Positions 17,244 to 25,727 of a stretch of DNA of 39,378 nt are shown here, piece by piece. The notes beneath the pieces are model-generated. The model was not told the DNA's origin. It did no database searches and saw only the letters and a program-made list of their open reading frames with translations. This DNA comes from a virus, in IMG/VR virus record IMGVR_UViG_3300045988_107209, positions 1 through 39,378 of that record; one strand, 5' to 3'. Position 1 is the stretch's first letter; each line of letters opens with the position of its first letter. The position numbers and the translations under genes are program-made.

Positions 17244-18449
17244 ATGAAAAAAATTTATAAAGGTATGAACTTGCAAATGTTTGCAGCACCTACAGAATTA
17301 ACAGGAGCAGATAACATCCAGGTTAGAGCACATGAAATTGATTTTGTTACTAGTTTTGGAAAGAATATCCAAGCTTTATTGGATGTATTAGGAATCATTC
17401 GCCCAATTCGTAAAGCAAATGGTTCTGTTTTAAAAACAAAGAAAGTAACAGGAACATTACAGGATGGAAAGGTAGCAGAAGGTGAATCTATTCCATTAAG
17501 CGAATACAAAGTTGAAGAAGAAGTATTCGATACAATTCGAATCGAGAAATTCCGTAAAGCCGTATCTATTGAAGCAATTGCAGAAAAAGGTTTTGAAGCT
17601 GCAGTATCTGATACAGATGAACAATTCCGTATTGATTTACAAGATAACATCACTGATCGCTTATATAAACAGTTGAATTTAGGTAGCTTAGTAGGGCATG
17701 AAGCAACTTGGCAAATGGCAATCGCAATGGCAATCGGTAATGTTAAACACAAATTCCAACAGATGAAACGAAATACTACTGGTATTGCCGTATTCGTCAA
17801 CACATTGGATGCTTACCGTTATTTAGGAGAAGCTAATGTGTCTATGCAGACTGCATTCGGTTTAACATACATTAAGAGCTTCTTAGGAGCAGATATTGTA
17901 TTCTTAACAGACCGAGTTGCAGAAAAAACAGTAGTAGCCACTCCAATGAACAACATCATTGCATATTATGTAGATCCAAGTGATTCTGAATTTGTAAAAG
18001 CAGGACTTTCATATACTACAGACAGCACTACTGGTTTCTTAGGATTCCATGTAGAAGGAAACTATGATCGTGCTATTTCTGATATGTTCGCAATCATGGG
18101 ATTACGTTTAATGTGTGAATACCAGGATGCAATTGCACACTTTGCAGTAGGTGAAGCAGATACCCAAACTTTACGTGATTTAACATTGACTGCTTCTGAA
18201 GGTGAAGAATCTGGAACTACAAAAGTAGCAGTTGCAGAACAGTTACAATCTATGAATAACAAATTCAAATATAAGGTAGGAGCTTCTGAAGAAACAGTGG
18301 CATATGGTGCAGATGTAAAATCTTGGAAGAACTTCGAAGAAGGAGCAGATATCAAAGCAGCAGAAACTAATCATTGTACTGTAGTAGAATGTGACAAAAA
18401 CTACAAAGCAGTATCAAAAGGTGATGTAGTTGTTGTTTTAAAGGCATAG
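17244..18449 (+). CDS. Major capsid protein (HK97-fold type).
   Basis: 401 aa, follows the scaffold gene. N-terminal NLQMFA motif. Confidence 0.85.
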   Translation: MKKIYKGMNLQMFAAPTELTGADNIQVRAHEIDFVTSFGKNIQALLDVLGIIRPIRKANGSVLKTKKVTGTLQDGKVAEGESIPLSEYKVEEEVFDTIRIEKFRKAVSIEAIAEKGFEAAVSDTDEQFRIDLQDNITDRLYKQLNLGSLVGHEATWQMAIAMAIGNVKHKFQQMKRNTTGIAVFVNTLDAYRYLGEANVSMQTAFGLTYIKSFLGADIVFLTDRVAEKTVVATPMNNIIAYYVDPSDSEFVKAGLSYTTDSTTGFLGFHVEGNYDRAISDMFAIMGLRLMCEYQDAIAHFAVGEADTQTLRDLTLTASEGEESGTTKVAVAEQLQSMNNKFKYKVGASEETVAYGADVKSWKNFEEGADIKAAETNHCTVVECDKNYKAVSKGDVVVVLKA

Positions 18450-18459
18450 GTGATTGAAT

Positions 18460-18789
18460 ATGTCGACAACAACCGTATTAAATGATGTAAAACTGCTTCT
18501 TGGTTTGCAAACTGATGATGAAAAGCTAGATACCATTGTAAGACTTACGGAAAGTCGACTTAAAGCGCTTCTAAGCGTCCAAATCATACCTGACGAACTA
18601 GAATATATCATTACTGAAGTGTCCATCAAACGTTTTAATAGAATTGGTTCTGAGGGTGTTCAAACACATTCAGTTGAAGGGGAGTCAATGTCATTTAATG
18701 ATGATGACTTCTCTTCTTTCTCTTCTGAGATTCAATCCTGGAGAGATGAGCAAGCCAATCAAAATAAAGGAAAGGTTCGGTTCTTATGA
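18460..18789 (+). CDS. Head-tail connector (gp6-like DNA-packaging/connector protein).
   Basis: LNDVKLLLGLQTDDEKLDTIVRLTESRLKALL. Confidence 0.7.
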   Translation: MSTTTVLNDVKLLLGLQTDDEKLDTIVRLTESRLKALLSVQIIPDELEYIITEVSIKRFNRIGSEGVQTHSVEGESMSFNDDDFSSFSSEIQSWRDEQANQNKGKVRFL

Positions 18790-19088
18790 GGTACGATAAA
18801 CCTGTTTACTTTCAAAGGTTTGTGCAAGGTTCTTATAACGAGAACACAGGCAACTATGAAGATGGTTCACCTGTAGAAGAAATGGTAATGGCTTCCGTAA
18901 TGGATACAAAAACACAAACTATGATACAGATATACGGACAAATCAGACAAGGTAGCCTTACTTGTCATATACAGAACATCTATCAAAAGCCTTTTGATCA
19001 TATTCGAATCGGTACAAAAAAATACAAAGTTGATTATTCAAGAAGACTCCGTACAAAGGAGTCTTTTATTCTGTCTGAGGTGCAATAA
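18786..19088 (+). CDS. Head closure / head-tail adaptor protein.
   Basis: Position and size within the connector cluster. Confidence 0.6.
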   Translation: MRYDKPVYFQRFVQGSYNENTGNYEDGSPVEEMVMASVMDTKTQTMIQIYGQIRQGSLTCHIQNIYQKPFDHIRIGTKKYKVDYSRRLRTKESFILSEVQ

Positions 19089-19436
19089 ATGGCAAAAGTT
19101 GAAATAAGAGGATTAGACAAACTGCAGAAGAAGCTAAAAAAGAATTGTTCGTTGGAAGATGTGAAAACAGTAGTCAAACAAAACGGTATAGAATTGCAAA
19201 GTAAAACTGTTAGCAATGCGGTATTTACTAAAGAATATTCAACAGGTGCTACGAAAAGAAGTATCAGAGGTGAAACACGTGATGGTGGATTCACATATGC
19301 AGAAGGGCCATCAACACATTATGCACCTTATGTTGAATTTGGAACACGTTTCATGGATGCTCAACCTTTTGTCAGACCTGCGTTTAAACAACAAGTGCCA
19401 ATATTCAAGTCAGATATGAAAAAGCTAGTTAAGTAG
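19089..19436 (+). CDS. HK97 gp10-like head-tail joining protein.
   Basis: HYAPYVEFGTRFMDAQPFVRPAF. Confidence 0.8.
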   Translation: MAKVEIRGLDKLQKKLKKNCSLEDVKTVVKQNGIELQSKTVSNAVFTKEYSTGATKRSIRGETRDGGFTYAEGPSTHYAPYVEFGTRFMDAQPFVRPAFKQQVPIFKSDMKKLVK

Positions 19437-19444
19437 GTGATGAT

Positions 19445-19855
19445 ATGGATTCGCAGCAGGAATTATTTAGTGCGTTACTAGTGCAATTAAAAAAAGAGTT
19501 AAAGAGTAAAGGAATTAGTGTATATGATACGTTCCTTCCATGTGAAGGGACACCGTATCCGTATGTATACATTGGTTCAAGTCAATTGATAGACGATTAC
19601 GGAAATAAAACAATGATTCTAGGCACTATCACGCAAGTTGTGGATGTATGGCACAACAATCCTAGGAAGCGTGGAGAATTGTCTGAAATCATACAAATCA
19701 TTAAGAAAGTGGCTAGACAAATTAACCACACAAACAATTTTGCTTTTATGATCCAAAATATCAACCAACGGATATTGTCGGATTCAAGTACAGGAGCACC
19801 ATTGATGCATGGTGTTCTTGAGTTGGATTTCAAGATTACAGGAGGAAGAAAATAA
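19445..19855 (+). CDS. Tail completion / tail terminator protein.
   Basis: Position immediately before the major tail gene. Confidence 0.55.
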   Translation: MDSQQELFSALLVQLKKELKSKGISVYDTFLPCEGTPYPYVYIGSSQLIDDYGNKTMILGTITQVVDVWHNNPRKRGELSEIIQIIKKVARQINHTNNFAFMIQNINQRILSDSSTGAPLMHGVLELDFKITGGRK

Positions 19856-20400
19856 TGAAATTTGATTTACAAATGTTCGCAGATAAAGTAATTGAAGCGG
19901 TAAATGGTAAGCAGCTTATTTATCTTTTCAGAGTTGCAAAAGATTCAAAGAAAGAAAATGCTAGTGCAATTGCTTTCCCAACAGAAAACGAACGAAACGT
20001 TACAAAAGATGCAGATACAACTGCTACAAAAGATGGAACTATTCGTACACCATCAGTGGCAGAAATTGAAATCACATCGACATCTATTATGCCAAAAGGT
20101 GATGCAATCATTGATAAATTAGAAAAGGCTATGTTGGCAGATGAATTAGTCGAATGTTGGGAAGTAAACCTAGCGGAAGAAGGAACTGAAACAAATGTGG
20201 GTAAGTTTAAAGCCAAATACTACCAAGGATATTTAACAGAATGCTCGATTTCATCTGAAGCAGAAGGCTCTGTGGAAGTTGATTTGACGTTTGGAGCAAA
20301 TGGAAATGGTGCAGATGGATATGCATCAGTAACTAAAGAACAACAGGAAATTGCATCTTACGTTTATAAAGATGTAACTAAAGAAACAGAAAGCATATAG
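19855..20400 (+). CDS. Major tail protein (TP901-1/phi13-like).
   Basis: 181 aa, positioned before the chaperone and tape measure genes. N-terminal DLQMFA motif. Confidence 0.75.
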   Translation: MKFDLQMFADKVIEAVNGKQLIYLFRVAKDSKKENASAIAFPTENERNVTKDADTTATKDGTIRTPSVAEIEITSTSIMPKGDAIIDKLEKAMLADELVECWEVNLAEEGTETNVGKFKAKYYQGYLTECSISSEAEGSVEVDLTFGANGNGADGYASVTKEQQEIASYVYKDVTKETESI

Positions 20401-20406
20401 AACATA

Positions 20407-20427
20407 GGGGCAGAAAAGCCCCTTTTA
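20407..20427 (+). terminator. Rho-independent terminator or attenuator after the major tail gene.
   Basis: GGGGC-AGAAAA-GCCCC followed by TTTT. Confidence 0.65.
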
Positions 20428-20456
20428 TATTTGTATTTAGAAAGTGAGGACTTTGA

Positions 20457-20828
20457 ATGAGTAAATACATGGAAATTGAAGTAAATGGAGAAATTTATAA
20501 ACTAGTAGCAGGATTTGGGTTCTTGCACGAGGTAAACAAAAAAGTAACTGTAGATGTACCTAATACAGGCAAGAAAAAAGAAGTAGGCTTGAAATTTATG
20601 GTTGCAAGCATCATTGATGGTGATATTGATGCATTAGCAGATTGCATTTTCTACATGAATGTAGGACAAACACCAAGATTAAAGAAAGCGGATGTCGAAA
20701 GTTATCTAGAAGACGTTGATGATATCGACAAAGTTTTTGAGGATGTAATCAATTTTTTATCTCAAGCGAATGCGTGCAAGAAAGAAGTGAGACCACTAGT
20801 GAGCACGCAGGAAGCAGAGAAGAAGTAG
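20457..20828 (+). CDS. Tail assembly chaperone (gpG-like).
   Basis: Position before the tape measure gene. The overlapping -1 frame ORF continues to 21178. Confidence 0.8.
   Translation: MSKYMEIEVNGEIYKLVAGFGFLHEVNKKVTVDVPNTGKKKEVGLKFMVASIIDGDIDALADCIFYMNVGQTPRLKKADVESYLEDVDDIDKVFEDVINFLSQANACKKEVRPLVSTQEAEKK
20753..20759 (+). promoter_or_regulatory. Slippery heptamer T_TTT_TTA for a programmed -1 frameshift.
   Basis: In the zero frame it reads aaT TTT TTA. The -1 frame is open from here to 21178. Confidence 0.7.
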
Positions 20829-21178
20829 AAGAAACATTCAATGAATTTTATGAACGTGTCGCTATGACTTGTTTTAGGTATCTAGGATTCAAAAACTTGG
20901 ACCAGGTAAATAATATTACTCCTTACGAATATCGGCTTTTAATGAAGTCTAAAGAACTTCAAATCGTGGATAAACAGTACGAAATACACTTGCAAGCTTA
21001 TTTAAATATGTCAGTGCAAGCAAGAAGGCGAGCAGGTAAAAAGATGAAACCTGTTTATACGAAATTTGATAAATTCTTTGATTATCAAAAGCAGTTGGAC
21101 AGAGTTATGGGTATTAAGAAGAAAAGCAAGTTTGATGGTTTAGCACAGTTCATAAAAGAACAAAAGAAGGAGGGATAA
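20759..21178 (+). CDS. gpT-like extension, expressed as a G-T fusion (20457..20759 joined to 20759..21178).
   Basis: A -1 frame ORF with no RBS of its own, ending 2 nt before the tape measure start. Confidence 0.7.
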   Translation: MSSECVQERSETTSEHAGSREEVEETFNEFYERVAMTCFRYLGFKNLDQVNNITPYEYRLLMKSKELQIVDKQYEIHLQAYLNMSVQARRRAGKKMKPVYTKFDKFFDYQKQLDRVMGIKKKSKFDGLAQFIKEQKKEG

Positions 21179-21180
21179 CA

Positions 21181-24100
21181 ATGGCAGAAAGTTTTAGCGT
21201 TGAGGCTATATTGTCGGCAACCGATAAAAACATGACATCAACAATGAAGAAAGCTTTAGGAGCGTGTGAATCATTTGGCGATAGAGTTAAATCTATTGTG
21301 GCTGGCGTTGGTGTAACAAAGGTTATTGGCGCAACAATGAACGTTCTAAGCTCATCTTTTGATGGTGCTATAAACAGATTTGATACCATGCAATCCTATC
21401 CAAAAGTAATGAAGTCTTTGGGGTTCGAAGTTGAGCAATCTCAAAAGAGTGTTGCAAAGCTAAATCAATCAGTTCAAGGCTTACCAACGAGCTTGGCAGA
21501 TGTCGTTACAACATCTAAATCATTGGCGGCCGTTACAGGTAATATTGACAAGGCAACGGATACTACAATCGCATTGAACCATGCGTTTTTAGCAAGTGGA
21601 TCTAGTTCTGAAGATGCATCACGTGGATTACAACAGTATTCACAGATGCTTGCTAAAGGTACAGTAGATATGCAATCATGGAGAACATTACAGGAAACAA
21701 TGGCACCTGCATTGACAAATGTTGCAAAAAAACTGGGTATTGCGAGTGGAAATACAAATGAATTGTATGAAGCATTGCAGAACGGAACTATTTCATTTGA
21801 CCAGTTAAACGATGCAATGATTGAATGTGATACTGAAACAGGTGGATTTGCAGACACTGCATTAGAAGCTTCTAAAGGTATCAAAACATCCATGACCAAC
21901 ATCAAAAGCGCAGTGCAGAACCTTGAACAAGGATTCATGTCTGCAATGAATAATATGTTGAAATCAAAAGCTATGGGAGGATTGGTTGATAATCTAGAAA
22001 AGATTAAATCTAAAATCTACGATTTCAGAAATTCAATCATGGAAACTAAGGACGATGGTTTGACATGGGATTTTAAACCAGGAGTCATGGAGAATGTATC
22101 AAAAGCTATGGATTGGCTAGCAGACAGGGCAAACAATGCAAAAGCTATGATCCAACAATTCTATGATGGCTTTATGAAAACAGATGCAGTACAAAACGCA
22201 ATCACGATGTTCGATAAAATCAAAGATGCTATCGGTAATGTAATGGATAAGTTACAAGACAGTAAAGTCTTTGAACAGTTAGGACAAGATATTGGAAATA
22301 TCATTGCAAAAGTAGAAGATGTAACTGGTAAAATTGCGGACTTTGTAGCAAATCTTAAAACAGAAGATGTTAAGAAATTTGCGAGTGCAGTTAAATTGTT
22401 AGCCGGAGCACTTGTTGGAATAAAAGTTGGTAGCAAATTAACTAGCACAATCAAGGGAGTTGTTGGCTCTGCACAGAGTGGCTATTCAAAGCTAAAATCA
22501 ATCATGGATAAAATCAAAGGCGTTGGAGGTACAGAAGGTGCTCCAACATCTAGCCCATCTTCAAGTGGTGTACATGATATTGGAAATGCAAGTATACAAA
22601 CTGCACAAAAAACATCTAAAGCGGCTCAGATTATTAATTCTGCGTTTGAAGGAATTTCTAATGTTATTTCTTCTGTGTGTGAAGGAGCGAAAGGAATCAT
22701 TACCAGTCTAGGAGATGCAATCAGTAATGTATTCGAAGGACTTGGAAATGGAATCAAATCCGCGTTAGAAGGAGTCGGTACTGTTATTGAATCATTTGGT
22801 ACTGCAATCAGTACAGTAGTGCAAGGAATCGGCCAGGGTTTAGCAACTGCATTTACAGGTTTAGGAACTGCGATTGCAATGGTACCGCCAACTACATGGT
22901 TAGCGTTGGCAGCGGCTATTCTTGCCACTGGTGCTGCTATGGCATTGGTCGGTTCACAAGGTGAAGGCTTGCAAATGGTTCTCGAAGGTGTTGCAGATGT
23001 TGTCTCTGCTTTTGGCCCAGTTATTAAAGATGTTTTTGAAGGGATTTCAAATGTGATTCAATCATTTGGTGAAACAGTAAGTGGAATCTTAAACTCAGTA
23101 TCAGGAGTGATTAAATCTATTGGACAGTCTGCATTAAATGCAGGTAAAGGTTTCAAACAACTAGCAAATGGAATCAAGATTATTACGAGCCTTAACTTAA
23201 TTGATATGGGAGCTAGTCTAGGAGCGGTAGCAGTAGGAATTGGAGCTATTGCAACTGCATCAAGTGGAATGGGCGATATTGGTGCTCAAATGATGGCATT
23301 AGCAACCGCATTAACAATGATCGTATCAACTCAAGCAGGTATTGAATCATTATCGGCAACAATTCCATCATTATCAGATGCTTTAAGCTCATTAAGCGGA
23401 ATTTCAGAACCATTAACAGTTGCGAGTGGAGCTATGACTGCATTTGCAGGAGCTATTGCACCAGTAGCAAGTTCAGTAATGGCTACTGCAACAAGTTTAG
23501 CCATGCTAGTAGCAGTGGCTTCAACAATCAGCGGAGCTTTCTCAAGTGCTTCTAGTACATCGGTGGCTTCTATTAACGCGATTATCGTAGCTATGACAAA
23601 TGCAGAAGCAAAAGCTACTACTTCGGGAACTGCAATGGGAAATAACTTTACTAAAGGGTTAGGTAGTGGTCTTAAAACAGGTGTATCAGTTGCAAAAAGT
23701 TCTTGTCAATCAATTATATCTGCATTTAATTCATGTCAATCACGAGCAGAATACTGTGGTCGTATGATTGGCCAAGGATTGGCAAATGGTTTAAGAGCTA
23801 GTGAAGGTTCTGTTAGAGTAGCGGCCGCTAGTTTAGCAGCTGCAACAGATGCGGCAATTTGTGCAAAAGCTAAGATTGGCTCACCATCTAAAATTGCAGA
23901 TAAAGATGGTATGTGGTGGGGCAAAGGATATCGCAATGGTATTTTAGGAATGGTTCCTCAGGTTAAAAAGGCTGCGGAGAAGTTGTTATACCTTCCACTA
24001 ATGAGCGCTCCTAAAATGGCTTTTGGGGGCATTGTGAGCGACTTGAACTCAGAATACGACTACACAAACAATGCTGAATTAACTATTGAAACACCACTTT

Positions 24101-24201
24101 ATATCAATGATAGAGAATTCGCACGTGCAACATATAGAGCAAATCAGAATGAGTTTGATAAACATTCTAAATTCAATGAAAGATTGCGAGGTAACAAATA
24201 A
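21181..24201 (+). CDS. Tape measure protein.
   Basis: 1006 aa, with repeated FEGISNVI/Gly-Ala hydrophobic segments. Canonical position. Confidence 0.9.
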   Translation: MAESFSVEAILSATDKNMTSTMKKALGACESFGDRVKSIVAGVGVTKVIGATMNVLSSSFDGAINRFDTMQSYPKVMKSLGFEVEQSQKSVAKLNQSVQGLPTSLADVVTTSKSLAAVTGNIDKATDTTIALNHAFLASGSSSEDASRGLQQYSQMLAKGTVDMQSWRTLQETMAPALTNVAKKLGIASGNTNELYEALQNGTISFDQLNDAMIECDTETGGFADTALEASKGIKTSMTNIKSAVQNLEQGFMSAMNNMLKSKAMGGLVDNLEKIKSKIYDFRNSIMETKDDGLTWDFKPGVMENVSKAMDWLADRANNAKAMIQQFYDGFMKTDAVQNAITMFDKIKDAIGNVMDKLQDSKVFEQLGQDIGNIIAKVEDVTGKIADFVANLKTEDVKKFASAVKLLAGALVGIKVGSKLTSTIKGVVGSAQSGYSKLKSIMDKIKGVGGTEGAPTSSPSSSGVHDIGNASIQTAQKTSKAAQIINSAFEGISNVISSVCEGAKGIITSLGDAISNVFEGLGNGIKSALEGVGTVIESFGTAISTVVQGIGQGLATAFTGLGTAIAMVPPTTWLALAAAILATGAAMALVGSQGEGLQMVLEGVADVVSAFGPVIKDVFEGISNVIQSFGETVSGILNSVSGVIKSIGQSALNAGKGFKQLANGIKIITSLNLIDMGASLGAVAVGIGAIATASSGMGDIGAQMMALATALTMIVSTQAGIESLSATIPSLSDALSSLSGISEPLTVASGAMTAFAGAIAPVASSVMATATSLAMLVAVASTISGAFSSASSTSVASINAIIVAMTNAEAKATTSGTAMGNNFTKGLGSGLKTGVSVAKSSCQSIISAFNSCQSRAEYCGRMIGQGLANGLRASEGSVRVAAASLAAATDAAICAKAKIGSPSKIADKDGMWWGKGYRNGILGMVPQVKKAAEKLLYLPLMSAPKMAFGGIVSDLNSEYDYTNNAELTIETPLYINDREFARATYRANQNEFDKHSKFNERLRGNK

Positions 24202-25727
24202 TGTATGCATTCGTAGATACAGTAAATAGTGGCATTGTCGGTACTAACCTACCGACAGAAGCCATGTCATATAATGGCGTATATTTAGAAAATGAAATTG
24301 ATGGTTATCGAACACTTTCTGTAACGGGTCGTGAGTTAATGGAATCAGAAGTTACGGATCAAGAAATTGATGGAATGGATGGTTCTTATTACAGATATAA
24401 AACTACACCTGCAAGAACGATTACTGTTAAATATCAACTGAGAGCTAGAGGAAGTAGAGAATTTCGTGATGCTTTCAATAAAATGAATAAATTGTTGAGT
24501 GGTGAGCAAGTAAAAGTCATTTTTAACGATGAAAGCGATAAGTATTTTATTGGAACAAAGACTTCAAATACACAGGTTGATGGCGGAAGCAACAACGTGA
24601 TTGGTGAAATCGAAATCTATTGCTCAGACCCACACAAATACTCAACAACAGAAAAAGAATTTAATGCTATTGATGGTGTTTTGAATATTGTTAATGAAGG
24701 AACTGTACCAGTTAGTATTGATTATGATGTTCAAACAACATCTGAAACAGGATATATTGGTTTGGTATCTGAAGAAGGAATCATGCAATATGGCAAAGTT
24801 GAAGAGTTGGATGGTGAGACGTACAAACAAAGTGAATGGTTAGCCTCAATTAAAGACTTCTACAATTGCAACGATGATATTGGCGGTACTGATGTAATGC
24901 ATCCAAGTTATGGAACGAATGGAACATTAATTGAACATACATGGTTTGGTAATAAATTTATTGGACTAGGTTCTGCTGGAACGAAAAAAGGAAATGCAAA
25001 TGGCGGATTAAGAACATTGGTATTACCTGCAGATTCAAGCGGGGATACTAGCGGAGCTAAGAACTTCTATTGTTGGTTTCATTTATGTTTTTATGCCGGC
25101 CTTATGGGACAGACTGGTGAAATGTGTATCAACTTCTTGACTGCAGATGATAAATTGATTTGTGGATGTAATTGGTACAAGACAGATGCAATCGGTAACA
25201 CTGGCCATTATGAAATATGGGCAAATGGTAAGGTGTTGAAAAATTGGGGATTTACAACATCACATTTACAAGCTCAGAATCCTTTTTATTACAAATGGGG
25301 AAGTTGCGATGTTTTAAAAGAAGGAGCGAACATCAGATTTTTCTTCTGGGCGAGATATTATAACTTCTACATCCCAGAGATTGAAAACATGAAGTGTGCA
25401 AAGATTCAAATTGCGGTTAAACAATGGGGTGATAGAGGTGGTAATAAGTTCCTGTCTATGATTGGATTTGATGTTATCGACTTTGAAAAGATGAATGTCG
25501 AAAAATGGAAGGATATTCCCAATAGGTACCCAAGTGGTACTAATATCACGATTGATGGTAAGTCATCTCATGTATATGTGAATGGAATGGCTAGACCAGA
25601 AGATGAAGTGTTAGGTACTCAGTATTTCAAAGCACCAGTTGGAACATCAGAAGTTAAAGTTACGTGCTCAGAATGGACAAAATCTCAACCAACAGTTAAA
25701 GCTAGAATAAGGGAGGCATGGTTATAA
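24201..25727 (+). CDS. Distal tail protein (Dit), extended form.
   Basis: Directly after the tape measure gene. 508 aa, suggesting an inserted domain. Confidence 0.7.
   Translation: MYAFVDTVNSGIVGTNLPTEAMSYNGVYLENEIDGYRTLSVTGRELMESEVTDQEIDGMDGSYYRYKTTPARTITVKYQLRARGSREFRDAFNKMNKLLSGEQVKVIFNDESDKYFIGTKTSNTQVDGGSNNVIGEIEIYCSDPHKYSTTEKEFNAIDGVLNIVNEGTVPVSIDYDVQTTSETGYIGLVSEEGIMQYGKVEELDGETYKQSEWLASIKDFYNCNDDIGGTDVMHPSYGTNGTLIEHTWFGNKFIGLGSAGTKKGNANGGLRTLVLPADSSGDTSGAKNFYCWFHLCFYAGLMGQTGEMCINFLTADDKLICGCNWYKTDAIGNTGHYEIWANGKVLKNWGFTTSHLQAQNPFYYKWGSCDVLKEGANIRFFFWARYYNFYIPEIENMKCAKIQIAVKQWGDRGGNKFLSMIGFDVIDFEKMNVEKWKDIPNRYPSGTNITIDGKSSHVYVNGMARPEDEVLGTQYFKAPVGTSEVKVTCSEWTKSQPTVKARIREAWL

Noticed and set aside
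17255-17803. Long antisense ORFs inside structural genes. Examples: 17255..17803, 21474..21938, 3322..3783, 16094..16471, 38732..39094 and 24642..24830, all on the minus strand.
   Set aside because: Each lies entirely opposite a well-supported gene or a tightly packed operon, lacks an RBS, and has a low-complexity or atypical composition. I treated them as frame artefacts.
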